DNA from: a virus
Taxonomy: Duplodnaviria > Caudoviricetes
Virus record (IMG/VR): IMGVR_UViG_3300033067_000852
Location: 1-40,174 of that record
Strand: one strand, 5' to 3'
DNA: 40,174 nt
Shown: in pieces, positions 14,912 through 24,224 of the stretch
How the letters are laid out: each line of letters begins with the position of its first letter
Numbering within the stretch: position 1 is the first letter of the stretch
The notes under the pieces: generated by a model
The model's input: only the letters and a program-made list of their open reading frames with translations
Databases searched by the model: none
What the model was told of the DNA's origin: nothing
Program-made: the position numbers and the translations under genes

Positions 14912-16261
14912 ATGAACAAGATCGAACTGTTGAAAGTCGCCAAGGCCAACGGCTTTGCCGACGAGAACCCGACGCTGGATAGCGTCAAGAAGTTCTTTGC
15001 GGACATTGACCTCACCGACCAGAACGGTGTGGTTGTGGACGTGGAGAAGGCGTGGAATACCAAGGCCATCATCCAGACCGAAACCACGGTCCAGACCGGC
15101 AAGCGCATGACGGCGGCTGAGGCGAAGGCCGTGTCTGTGCGTACGGCGAGTGTGACCGAGGGGACTGACAACCAGCCCCAGCGGTTCAACATCGGCAACG
15201 TTGCAAAGAGCGTGTTCAAGGCAAAGGCAGCGCGTGGCCAAACGTCCATCAAAGACGCCGACGCCGCTGAGATTCTTGGTGCGATTTCACGCATCAACTA
15301 CATGAAGTCGATCGGCGAGGAATCGTGGTCAAACAAGGCGAGCGACATCGACTGCGCTAAGGCCATCGTGACATACGACAACGCCGCTGGCGGCTACCTC
15401 GTCCCGCCCGCCGAGTTTATGAGTGAACTCATCTACAACGGAGAGCCGACGGGCGTTGCCCGCAAAATTGCCGGTGTCGTCAAGATGGGTTCTGCCAAGA
15501 CGACGTACCCCCGCGAAACCGCAGACGTGACCCTTCCGGCTGCCGTCGAAGGAGCGGCCCTTACGGAAATCACGCCCGCCGGTGATGCCGTTGAACTTGT
15601 ACCGCGCCTTGCCGGTGGCTACTTCGTGGTTACGAACACCATGATGGAAGATTCTGCCGTGAACATCGGCGAGATGATTGGGCGCAAGTCCATGATTGCA
15701 ATGGACAACCGCTACGACGATGACTACTTCCTTGGCGACGGCACGAACACCTACAACAAGTTCGTTGGCCTGAAGAACAGCACCAAGATTTCCAGCCAGA
15801 ACGCTTCTGGAGCGGCGTGGTCAAACGTGACGTATTCCGACGTTATGAACGCGATCGGCAAACTCCAAGGCGTGAACACTGGAAACATTCAGATCGTCAC
15901 GTCGCGACAGGCTGCGATTCAGATTCTCGCGAACCTGAACATTGCAACCAGCCAGTTCAAGAACGTGTTTACTCTGAATGGCGACAAGACGGGCGGCGAC
16001 TTCCTCGGATTCCCGGTCATCTTCAGCCAGCGACTTCCTATCGCGTCCGCGTCGGCGTCGAAGTTCCTCTTTGTTGGCGACTTCCGAAACGGCTCGATGA
16101 TCGGCGAACGTCGCGACCTCACCATCAAGCCGGACGTTTCTAGCGGCCTCATCAACGACGGCGTTCGCTTCTACGTCACCGCGCGTTACTCGGTCAACAT
16201 CTGCGGCCACGGGCGTACCGACTTGACCAATCAGAACATCGTGGCTTTGACGACCACCTAA
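14912..16261 (+). CDS. Major capsid protein, HK97 fold
   Basis: GGYLVP, EG, VTNTMMEDS, FLGDG, FLGFPV, FVGDF motifs; N-terminal delta-like extension. Confidence 0.95.
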   Translation: MNKIELLKVAKANGFADENPTLDSVKKFFADIDLTDQNGVVVDVEKAWNTKAIIQTETTVQTGKRMTAAEAKAVSVRTASVTEGTDNQPQRFNIGNVAKSVFKAKAARGQTSIKDADAAEILGAISRINYMKSIGEESWSNKASDIDCAKAIVTYDNAAGGYLVPPAEFMSELIYNGEPTGVARKIAGVVKMGSAKTTYPRETADVTLPAAVEGAALTEITPAGDAVELVPRLAGGYFVVTNTMMEDSAVNIGEMIGRKSMIAMDNRYDDDYFLGDGTNTYNKFVGLKNSTKISSQNASGAAWSNVTYSDVMNAIGKLQGVNTGNIQIVTSRQAAIQILANLNIATSQFKNVFTLNGDKTGGDFLGFPVIFSQRLPIASASASKFLFVGDFRNGSMIGERRDLTIKPDVSSGLINDGVRFYVTARYSVNICGHGRTDLTNQNIVALTTT

Positions 16262-16279
16262 GAGACGGAGACAGGACAA

Positions 16280-16693
16280 ATGAAAAACCTTCAAGCAGTG
16301 AAATACGTGGCGGCAAAGCATCCCGCCAGCGAAAACGGAACGGCGGCTGACGGAGTGACGATCGACACGCTGGGCTATCACCAGTTGGCGATCATCGTTC
16401 AGGCTGGTGCCGTTGGCGCGAATATGGACAGCCTCAAGGTCCAGTATTCCGACAACGGATCATCTTGGACGGACGTTACGGGGGGGGCTTTTACGGCCCC
16501 GACTACGGCGGCTGCCAATACGGTTGCGGCTGGTTTCTTCACCATTCCGCAGTACCGCTACTACCGCGTGCAGTCAGATGCGGGCGCGTCGGCAACCCTG
16601 CTCTCCGCTTTGGCGATCCTGAGCGATCCCGAAGAGGCTCCGCAGACCGCGACCGAGCGCGGCTTGGGCCAGCAACTCATCGTGACCGTCTAA
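16280..16693 (+). CDS. Putative capsid decoration/cement protein
   Basis: Directly after the MCP; beta-rich (IDTLGY, KVQYSDNGSSWTDV, YRYYRV). Confidence 0.65.
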   Translation: MKNLQAVKYVAAKHPASENGTAADGVTIDTLGYHQLAIIVQAGAVGANMDSLKVQYSDNGSSWTDVTGGAFTAPTTAAANTVAAGFFTIPQYRYYRVQSDAGASATLLSALAILSDPEEAPQTATERGLGQQLIVTV

Positions 16694-16700
16694 CCAAATC

Positions 16701-16732
16701 GCCGGGCATCCGAAAGGGTGTCCGGTACTTTT
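16701..16732 (+). terminator. Rho-independent terminator after the head genes
   Basis: ccgggcatcc-GAAA-gggtgtccgg stem with G-U pairs, followed by tactttt. Confidence 0.7.
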
Positions 16733-16761
16733 ATGAATCCAGACCACAACCACTTGGATAA

Positions 16762-16777
16762 GCGGGCACGTGCCCGC
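16762..16777. promoter_or_regulatory. Perfect 16-bp palindrome GCGGGCACGTGCCCGC
   Basis: Equals its own reverse complement; intergenic, between the terminator and the next gene. Confidence 0.6.
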
Positions 16778-16803
16778 GTTATGCCTTTGCATTGAGGTGA
16801 ATC

Positions 16804-17463
16804 ATGGGATCTTTCGCAAACAGAATCGCAATCAACGCCGAAACCGGACGATACACCGGCTCGCCCGCCGTGGCCGTCATCAACGCCGCGGCGTCGGCTA
16901 CGTCGGTCGCGAACAGGGCGCAACCCCTGAACTTCACAAGCACGAACAGCAATCTCCTGATCCTCGGCGAATACACCACACACATCGGCGTGCGTGCGCG
17001 GTACACGTCTGCCGTGACCGTCATCACCACGAATCCTGCGGTGAACATCTATCGCCTGTACGGTCCTGAATCGGCCTTCGCTACGACCACGCTTGCGAAC
17101 GATGGGACGATTCAGTTTGACACCGTGAACCATGGGCAGTCGTACGCAGGGGCAACCAGCGGAACGGTCTACGCGGAAACTATCCAAGCGTACCAGTTTG
17201 GTGCCGTGCTTTCTACGGGAGCCGTAACCGCCTCACTTCGCGATGCTTCGTACGTCTATTCGGAATGGGCGCGCGGTGATGCTGTCCCGTTCTGGCAATA
17301 CGACGGAACGGCGGCGGCTATTACCGGCGGATCGGATCAGGTCCAGTTGATCCCGACTCGCGGTGCTCGCGCGATCATCGTTCTCTGCGGCACGGCGGCA
17401 AGCATCACAAACGGTGCCGTCGATATTGTCGTCCAGCCCTTCGCACGCGGAAACATGGAATAA
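16804..17463 (+). CDS. Hypothetical virion protein
   Basis: GAGGTG Shine-Dalgarno; A/T/G-rich, beta-type composition; located in the head-neck region. Confidence 0.7.
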   Translation: MGSFANRIAINAETGRYTGSPAVAVINAAASATSVANRAQPLNFTSTNSNLLILGEYTTHIGVRARYTSAVTVITTNPAVNIYRLYGPESAFATTTLANDGTIQFDTVNHGQSYAGATSGTVYAETIQAYQFGAVLSTGAVTASLRDASYVYSEWARGDAVPFWQYDGTAAAITGGSDQVQLIPTRGARAIIVLCGTAASITNGAVDIVVQPFARGNME

Positions 17464-17466
17464 CCC

Positions 17467-18075
17467 ATGGCCATCGGCACGAGAACCGAATACAAGACCT
17501 ACGCGGGCATCGGGCACACCGGCCTCGATAGCCGCATCGACCTCGCGCTCTCCGCTGCCGAGTCAGCCATGGAGCGGTACGTCGGCGTTGACGACTTCGG
17601 GACCGCGACGTACACGGAACAGGAATACGACGGCGCGGGCGACTTCATGCTGATGCTCCGCAACTACCCCGTTACGGCGGTATCGGCGGTCAAGTTGGTG
17701 TGCTACGGCACTACGACGGTCACGCTGGACAGCACGGGGTACACGTGGGACTCGCGGGGGAAGTTGTGGCGTGAGAACGGGCCGGAAGGTCAGGCGTACA
17801 CGGACGACTCGCCTACGGGCGCGTGGGCTACGGCTGGCTGGCCACGCGGCCACAAGAACGTGAAGGCGACGTACACGGCTGGGTACGCGACGATTCCTGA
17901 CGACCTGAAGTTGATTCAGTTCGAGATGGTGGATTCCGCGATCGCGTCGGCTGGGCGCGACCCGTCGATGCAGTCTGAGTCGATCGAGTCCTATTCGTAC
18001 TCGCTCCGATCGTCGGCGGATAAGTGGGCCAACTGGACGGCGCGCATGAACGCCTTTGTAAGGGGTGCCATGTGA
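17467..18075 (+). CDS. Head-tail adaptor/connector protein
   Basis: EYKTY...AAESAMERY...E.YDG...YPVTAV...YTAGY..IPDDLK pattern of gp6/gp15-like adaptors. Confidence 0.8.
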   Translation: MAIGTRTEYKTYAGIGHTGLDSRIDLALSAAESAMERYVGVDDFGTATYTEQEYDGAGDFMLMLRNYPVTAVSAVKLVCYGTTTVTLDSTGYTWDSRGKLWRENGPEGQAYTDDSPTGAWATAGWPRGHKNVKATYTAGYATIPDDLKLIQFEMVDSAIASAGRDPSMQSESIESYSYSLRSSADKWANWTARMNAFVRGAM

Positions 18076-18479
18076 GAACCCCGTACCACCTGCTGAACAA
18101 GACGGCAATCATCGAAGTCCCGATCGCGGACGGCGGTTACAGCGTTGACGATACGGGCCAAGCGACCATCGCCTCGTTTGAGGAATGGTCAGACATTCCC
18201 TGCCGCATAACGCCGCTGTCCGGTTCGGAGTCGATGAGTCTGGGCGGGGAGAATGGAACGCTGACCTACTCGGGGCTGTTCCCGTCGCCGGATCAAATGA
18301 AGTCCGACTTTGGAATCACGGACGGGCACATCCCCACGCAAGCCCGCGTGCGCGTGACGATCAACGACGAGACGGTGTTGTACCGCGTTCTCGGCCCCGC
18401 GACGATCCAGACTGCACAAGTTGGCGTTCTCCAGCGCGTCATCCTCGAAACCGAAAACGACGAGGTGCCGCCAGAATGA
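18072..18479 (+). CDS. Head closure (stopper) protein
   Basis: GTG start in a GTGA overlap; IPCRITPLSGSE motif; canonical position. Confidence 0.65.
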   Translation: MRTPYHLLNKTAIIEVPIADGGYSVDDTGQATIASFEEWSDIPCRITPLSGSESMSLGGENGTLTYSGLFPSPDQMKSDFGITDGHIPTQARVRVTINDETVLYRVLGPATIQTAQVGVLQRVILETENDEVPPE

Positions 18480-19123
18480 ACATCAAGACGAAAGTCTCGG
18501 TCCAGTTCCTGCGCGATCGAATCGTCGCGGCGTTGCGCACGTCGGCGGCTGCCGGCCTCAACGAGGGCGGCGTGTCGCTTACCCGCACGTTCCGGCAGGG
18601 GCTCAATCGGTCGGAAGGGTGGCAGTCCAAGCCGGGTGGATACCCGGGCAACAGTCGCGGCACGCTCGCCCGGTCGGTGGACCTGTACCAGCGAGCCAAG
18701 CCGGACTTCCTGACCGCCCGCGTGGGGTCCAACGTCCCCGAGGCGTGGTACATGCAGTTTGGCGTCAAGGCCAAGGGCAAGGGCCTCACGATCCCCCTCA
18801 ACGTCAAGGCCCGCAACGCTCTGGCGGCGTGTGGCAGCATCCGCGTTCTCGCCCGCATGGAGCGGCTCGTGTTCCTGCGCAGCCACCACAAGGCCGACAC
18901 GGTGGGCGTGTGGGTCAAGGTGGTAGGCAAGATTCGCGGCGGCAAGCAACGCATGGAGCCTTGGGTGGCCCTTCGCAAGTCGGTCAAGGCCCGCCCGTGG
19001 GTCACGCTGGGCGTGAAGGAAGGCAAGGACAAAGCCATCGCGGAAGTCCGCCGCGCGTACCTCGAACGCTGGGCCGCTGAGTCCCGCAAGATTTTCAGCC
19101 AACTTGGAAGGGCTAAGAAGTGA
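18476..19123 (+). CDS. Neck/tail completion protein (HK97 gp10/Mu gpG-like)
   Basis: S.PG..P...GTLARS, VGSNV..A.YMQFG and ARPW motifs; basic protein. Confidence 0.75.
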   Translation: MNIKTKVSVQFLRDRIVAALRTSAAAGLNEGGVSLTRTFRQGLNRSEGWQSKPGGYPGNSRGTLARSVDLYQRAKPDFLTARVGSNVPEAWYMQFGVKAKGKGLTIPLNVKARNALAACGSIRVLARMERLVFLRSHHKADTVGVWVKVVGKIRGGKQRMEPWVALRKSVKARPWVTLGVKEGKDKAIAEVRRAYLERWAAESRKIFSQLGRAKK

Positions 19124-19653
19124 ACCTGTCCAATCTCGCACGCACCATCTACGAACGCCTCACGTCCGACACTGGACCGGGCGGCCTGTTCAACTCCACG
19201 GACGGTGCGCTATACGACGCGACGCGGGGTGCGTCCCATCGCCTGCGCCGCAACTACACATCGGACATTGAGGCACAGGTGGAGCGCGGGAAGCCGATGG
19301 TGGTGTTCCGCATCACGGCGGGCGCGTCGTCTGACCAAACGCAAATGTCCGACGGCATCACGGCGACGATCGTTTTCCAGACGTTCGGGCGTCCGCAGAT
19401 CAATGGCGATGACGAGGGCGACACGGACATTTTCGCCATTGCCGATCGCATCTATGGGGATGCGTCTACGCAGGTATCTGGCGAGCCAACATACGGGCTG
19501 CATCGGTTCGCGCCGGTTGACACCAACTGGGACGGGTGGACCTACGCCAGCCTGTTCCAGTTTCAGAACGTCGAAACGGACTACGACGAAAAGACGATCA
19601 CGGTTACGCAAACGTTCACGATCCGATACTCGCGGACCTTTCCGCTTTCTTGA
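19120..19653 (+). CDS. Putative tail terminator protein
   Basis: Acidic, IYERL...PMVVF pattern, immediately before the tail tube gene. Confidence 0.6.
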   Translation: MNLSNLARTIYERLTSDTGPGGLFNSTDGALYDATRGASHRLRRNYTSDIEAQVERGKPMVVFRITAGASSDQTQMSDGITATIVFQTFGRPQINGDDEGDTDIFAIADRIYGDASTQVSGEPTYGLHRFAPVDTNWDGWTYASLFQFQNVETDYDEKTITVTQTFTIRYSRTFPLS

Positions 19654-19661
19654 GGTGACAC

Positions 19662-20558
19662 ATGGGCAGGCAAGCATCAGGCGCACAGTTCAACGTTACG
19701 GCCATCGGCGGCTCTGGCACCACCGGACGCTACGCCTACTACCTGCTCGACCCTACGGCGGGATCGTGCGCGATCCAATCGTGCTCGCTGTCGGTCGATG
19801 CACCTCCTGACGACAAGACCGCGAACGGCGACACGGCCAAGACGTTCGGAACGCTGCGCAAGTCGCATACATGGAACATCTCGGCCCGCTTCCCCAAGAC
19901 CACGCGCAAGTTGGGACACGCCGGTTTGCTCACGGTTGGCTCTGGCTCGCTGACAGTCGCCCGCTGCACGACCTTCAACCTGTCGATTGACTGGGGCGAG
20001 AACGACAACACGCAGAGTGACTACTCGGCCCTTCCGAGCGGTGCTGAGAAGTGGCATATGTACCTGCCCAAATACTTCCCCACGGTCACGGGCTCGTTCA
20101 CGGGCATTCGTGACGCATCCACGGCGGAAGTGGAAACGTTCTTCGAGGGTGACACGGCTGCGGGCATGACGTACAAACTCTCCGAGGAAGGTGCCACCGA
20201 CAACACCATCGCATTCTCCACGATCACGAACGCCCGCAACTGGTCGGCGGACATTCCCGGCGACGGGCCGCAGACCTACGGCTACTCGTTCAACGCATCC
20301 GGCGCGATCACGTTCGCGGGAACGGCCAATATCTTCCCCGCTGCCGCGCTGTCTACGGGCGTGCTTGGCCCGCAGATTTGCACGGACTCAAGCGGCATCC
20401 CCACCGAAACCATCACGGCGTTCGCGTCGGGTTCAACAAACAAGACGCTCGCGTACATCTACCTGCGCCGCGTGAACATCGAAGTACCAGCCACCGGCCC
20501 GATCATTGTCACGGCTGAACTTCGCGGGACAGGCCCCCTCACCGAATCCAACTCGTAA
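19662..20558 (+). CDS. Major tail tube protein
   Basis: GAGGTG Shine-Dalgarno; tube-fold motifs (DKTANGDTAKTFGTLRK; ELRGTGPL); position. Confidence 0.7.
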   Translation: MGRQASGAQFNVTAIGGSGTTGRYAYYLLDPTAGSCAIQSCSLSVDAPPDDKTANGDTAKTFGTLRKSHTWNISARFPKTTRKLGHAGLLTVGSGSLTVARCTTFNLSIDWGENDNTQSDYSALPSGAEKWHMYLPKYFPTVTGSFTGIRDASTAEVETFFEGDTAAGMTYKLSEEGATDNTIAFSTITNARNWSADIPGDGPQTYGYSFNASGAITFAGTANIFPAAALSTGVLGPQICTDSSGIPTETITAFASGSTNKTLAYIYLRRVNIEVPATGPIIVTAELRGTGPLTESNS

Positions 20559-20566
20559 GGAGTCCA

Positions 20567-21700
20567 ATGAGCCAAGGCGGAGGCAATGAGGTTGCGAGGC
20601 TGCACACCACGATCACGGGTGACGTTGCGCCATTGGTGGCGGCGACGAAGCAGGCCGAACAGAATGTCAAGCAGACCGCCGACAAGATTGAAGCGATCAC
20701 GACGGCGACGACCCAGAGCGTGCAACAGATGGGGCAGGGAGGCCCGTCCGCCGGGTTCGGCATCTTCGGAAGTAACACGTTCTCGCCCAACTCGGTAGCG
20801 ACTTCGAGCGGCGGCATCATCAACCGGATCACGCAAGGCGCGAAAAACGCTATGACTCCGGTCAATGCCCTGTTCAGCGTTCTAAGCCGGTTGGGGTTTG
20901 TGTTCAGCATCGTTTCGGCGGCGGCTGGCGGGTTCTACGCGGCCTTGACCGCTGGCGAGAGGGAGACGAAGCGATCTGCCGACGCGCTTGCGGAACTAAA
21001 GAAGAACCTTGACGGCGTGTATTCGTCCTTCAAAGTCAACCTCGAAAAGTCCCCATCGCAGGTTGAGGCAGAGGCGTTGGATGAGATTGAGAAGAAGCGG
21101 GCAGAACAGGACGCGGCGGCGTTCGCGCGGTACAAGTCGGGCGAGATGAAGGTCAAGGACTTGGCGGCGTTCCGCGTTGAGAATGAGAAACAGGCAGAGC
21201 AAGCGATCGCGAACGTCCGCAAGAACTTCGACCTTGCGAAGGCGAACGACGAAAAGAACGCCCAGATTGCTTTCAACAAGTCCCAAGAGGAAGCCGCCCG
21301 CACCCGAGCCCAGACCGTCGCGAAGATGCTGGGCGGCGAGGCCGAAGAATACATCAACTCGCAGATTGAGATTCGCAAGGCGCAGGAGATTGGCGACTCG
21401 GACCTTCGCGACGCCCGCATCGAGGCCATCGAACAGGAACGCGATGAGAAGATCCGGCTGATGGGAGAGGCGGCGAAGAAGATCGCGGACGAAGAGATCG
21501 AACAGGCGAAGCGTGCCGACCGGGAGAAACGCCGCATCATGCAAGAATTCTTCCGCGACGCACGCGCCGCACAAGCCGAGGGAACGATGGTCGAATCGTT
21601 CTTCGCTGGCAATCAGGGCCAGTCGTTTGGGCTGGCCAATCGCCAACGCGGGGCTATCGAGGGGCAACTCCCGTCGATCAACTACATGGGGGCTGAGTAA
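20567..21700 (+). CDS. Short tape measure protein
   Basis: EVARLHTTITGD N-terminus, a hydrophobic segment and a long charged coiled coil. Confidence 0.7.
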   Translation: MSQGGGNEVARLHTTITGDVAPLVAATKQAEQNVKQTADKIEAITTATTQSVQQMGQGGPSAGFGIFGSNTFSPNSVATSSGGIINRITQGAKNAMTPVNALFSVLSRLGFVFSIVSAAAGGFYAALTAGERETKRSADALAELKKNLDGVYSSFKVNLEKSPSQVEAEALDEIEKKRAEQDAAAFARYKSGEMKVKDLAAFRVENEKQAEQAIANVRKNFDLAKANDEKNAQIAFNKSQEEAARTRAQTVAKMLGGEAEEYINSQIEIRKAQEIGDSDLRDARIEAIEQERDEKIRLMGEAAKKIADEEIEQAKRADREKRRIMQEFFRDARAAQAEGTMVESFFAGNQGQSFGLANRQRGAIEGQLPSINYMGAE

Positions 21701-22590
21701 TGGCCACCGTCCGCGAACTCGCCGATAAGAAGTCGGTAGGCCGCTCCGAGAACGGTGCGGTACGCGCCGTGCGAGTGTTCCGCGTTGACGGCGGCGTGAC
21801 GGAACACCCGCCCGAGGGTGTGGCTGGAATCCCCCGTCAGGGCGATACGCACCCGCGCTTTGTGGATGCCATCGCCCGTAACGTCGATTGGGAACCCGTG
21901 CCCGCGTTCGGCTGGGAATGCACCGTTACCTACACGAACATCGCGAGCGGCTCACTGGGGCCGATCATCCCCGAACAGGCTGACATTGGGAAGTTTCACT
22001 ATGGCCTTGGGTACACCGAATCGGCGGCGCGTATGCCGGTGGCCAGACTCGCCCGCAAGGTTATCTCAATCAACGGCGTGGAACAGGTCATCCCCCACTA
22101 CGAAACGATCATCTTCGACATTCCGCAGGGGTCTATGACGTTCATGGTTGACGTGATTGATTGGGCACCTGACTACGCGGCGGTTGTGGACACGCTTACG
22201 CAGGTGACGCGAATCCACCAGTTCGGCGGGCCCAATGGTTTCAAGTTCCGGTTCCTTGGCGGCGAGACGCAGTACCTTGGCTCGCGTGGCGAGGGCACCG
22301 ATCCGGTCATGCGGAACGTGTGCAGGTACGTCTACCGCTGGGTGCATGACAAGGGCACCACGATCATCAACCCCCAAGGACAAGGAACGGCTGGCTCGCC
22401 CCCGCTGGTTACGCCGCGCGCAACTTCCGACGGTGCGCCGCTACATCGCCCGCCCTTCCAACAGTGGGTCGTCATCCCGCGCGAAGTGGCGACAGAACCG
22501 CCCGACTTCGAGTTGCTCGCACCCTACGACGAATCAACGCTGACCGGCTGGCGCACGCTCGCTGGAATGGGGTACACCGACCTTGAGTAA
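21700..22590 (+). CDS. Putative distal tail/hub protein
   Basis: Follows the TMP with a TAATG overlap; GIP..GD.HP...WECTVTY pattern. Confidence 0.6.
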   Translation: MATVRELADKKSVGRSENGAVRAVRVFRVDGGVTEHPPEGVAGIPRQGDTHPRFVDAIARNVDWEPVPAFGWECTVTYTNIASGSLGPIIPEQADIGKFHYGLGYTESAARMPVARLARKVISINGVEQVIPHYETIIFDIPQGSMTFMVDVIDWAPDYAAVVDTLTQVTRIHQFGGPNGFKFRFLGGETQYLGSRGEGTDPVMRNVCRYVYRWVHDKGTTIINPQGQGTAGSPPLVTPRATSDGAPLHRPPFQQWVVIPREVATEPPDFELLAPYDESTLTGWRTLAGMGYTDLE

Positions 22591-23023
22591 GAACCCAGCC
22601 CAACCCGTGACAGGCGTGGTAACGGCTGTGTCCGGCGTGGCCGGCCCCGCCGACGCCATCCGCTACACGGTGAAGATCAACATGCCCGGCGGCAGTGTGG
22701 CCACGATTGAGAACGTGCGGCCAACCGTGCCGTCGCTGTGGCAGGGATTCGACGTGCGCCCATTCCCGGTGGGGTGGCCCGTCGATCGCGCGTACATCAT
22801 CGGCAAGACGCTGGTGTGGTATGACGGCGAGGCCCCCGACGTAGAGGACTGCGAGGGTCCAGACCCGCAACCAATCGTGGAGCCCGATCCACTGCGCGGC
22901 GTCGTGCTTGGGCCTGACGGACAACCGATGGGCGGGGGAGGCGGCGGGCTTGGTATTGGCGGTTCGGGCGGATTGACGACCGGGCCGATCAGCGGCGGCG
23001 GCGAAGAGGGTGCGAAGGAATGA
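22583..23023 (+). CDS. Putative tail tip protein with a Gly-rich C-terminus
   Basis: TTG start overlapping the upstream gene; located in the tail module. Confidence 0.55.
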   Translation: MSKNPAQPVTGVVTAVSGVAGPADAIRYTVKINMPGGSVATIENVRPTVPSLWQGFDVRPFPVGWPVDRAYIIGKTLVWYDGEAPDVEDCEGPDPQPIVEPDPLRGVVLGPDGQPMGGGGGGLGIGGSGGLTTGPISGGGEEGAKE

Positions 23024-23394
23024 GTACCTACACGTTCAGGGCGGTTGACCTTTCCTTACTTGGCGTGGCGATGGGCTACGACGACGCGGGGAATCGCGTG
23101 CGCGTGATTGTGCCATGCTCAGACCGGACCCGGCAACTCGCGAACGTGTCGGTGTCAATCGAGGCGCACGCCAACGGTGCGTGGTCTGCGGGCATCCTGT
23201 CCTTGCGGCAGGCGAACCACATCAACGCGGAGCCGGTGGACTTTGGAACGCCCGTCACGATCACGTCGTCTGACAAGTTGAAGGGCCTATCGGCGACGGA
23301 AGTAGACGCGGCGTTTGTGGCCATTGTGACCACGACGGCGAACTCGGGCGCGGCCCTTGTGGATTTGCACATCAACGTGACGGACAACGTATAG
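23020..23394 (+). CDS. Hypothetical virion protein
   Basis: ATGA overlap; beta-rich. Confidence 0.6.
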   Translation: MSTYTFRAVDLSLLGVAMGYDDAGNRVRVIVPCSDRTRQLANVSVSIEAHANGAWSAGILSLRQANHINAEPVDFGTPVTITSSDKLKGLSATEVDAAFVAIVTTTANSGAALVDLHINVTDNV

Positions 23395-23405
23395 GAGTTT
23401 GACCA

Positions 23406-24215
23406 ATGCCTACCCCAGACATGACGTATCTCAATGAAGGCGCGGTTTCGCTGGCGGCGGCGAACTGGGACGACGCCACAGGATTTGCAAATACAGCAAA
23501 CCTCACTATTTCGTCTGGATCACAGACGATCACAACCTCTCTGGACTGGTCTGGCCTCACCGCTGGCATCGACACCTTGACGATTGGCCCAAACTTCACA
23601 GGGCGCATCGGCGGGGCTGGCTACGGCTCGCTGAAGGTTGACGCAGACGAGTCTGTTACGAACCGGATCATTTACAACGCTGGGGGCGGGTCGCTGTACC
23701 TGCAAGCATCGGGCGATAACAGCATCATCAGCAACTTCTGGATGAGTTCGCTGGGATCGTGCTACCTGACTGGCGGTACGTTCACGAACGTCGTCCTTGG
23801 GCAGGGTTCGCTCTCGGTCGATGCTACGACGGTGCTGACAACTCCTATTTTCAACGGAGGCTCCGCTGTTGTTCAGGCTGGCACCGCGTCTGGTACGGTT
23901 ACGATCAGCGGCGGAACCCACGTCTGGAAGCGGGGGTTTACGACCATGAACGTCTATGGGCGTGGGCGTGTGACGATCGACGCCGGAAGCACGGCACTGA
24001 CCACGCTCAACATCCTTTCGACCGAGGCCGAGGTGGTCCTGTTGTCAAGCGGCACAATCACGACGGTCAATAACTGGGGGCGGCTCATCGCCGACAAGTT
24101 GTCGCGGGCGGTCACGATCACGACGTACAACTCTGGGCCAGCCGCATTCCTCGCCGACTCCCCGTCGTATCTCACCCGCACGAACATCGGTCGCTTGGGC
24201 GCGAAGAACCTCTAA
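23406..24215 (+). CDS. Gly/Thr/Ser-rich beta-solenoid protein (tail fibre/adhesin-like)
   Basis: AGGAG Shine-Dalgarno; repeated GG-strand units. Confidence 0.65.
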   Translation: MPTPDMTYLNEGAVSLAAANWDDATGFANTANLTISSGSQTITTSLDWSGLTAGIDTLTIGPNFTGRIGGAGYGSLKVDADESVTNRIIYNAGGGSLYLQASGDNSIISNFWMSSLGSCYLTGGTFTNVVLGQGSLSVDATTVLTTPIFNGGSAVVQAGTASGTVTISGGTHVWKRGFTTMNVYGRGRVTIDAGSTALTTLNILSTEAEVVLLSSGTITTVNNWGRLIADKLSRAVTITTYNSGPAAFLADSPSYLTRTNIGRLGAKNL

Positions 24216-24224
24216 GGAACACCC

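Noticed and set aside
16259-16282. MCP stop in frame with the decoration gene (read-through fusion)
   Set aside because: One-in-three chance; TAA is a strong stop and the downstream gene has its own SD.
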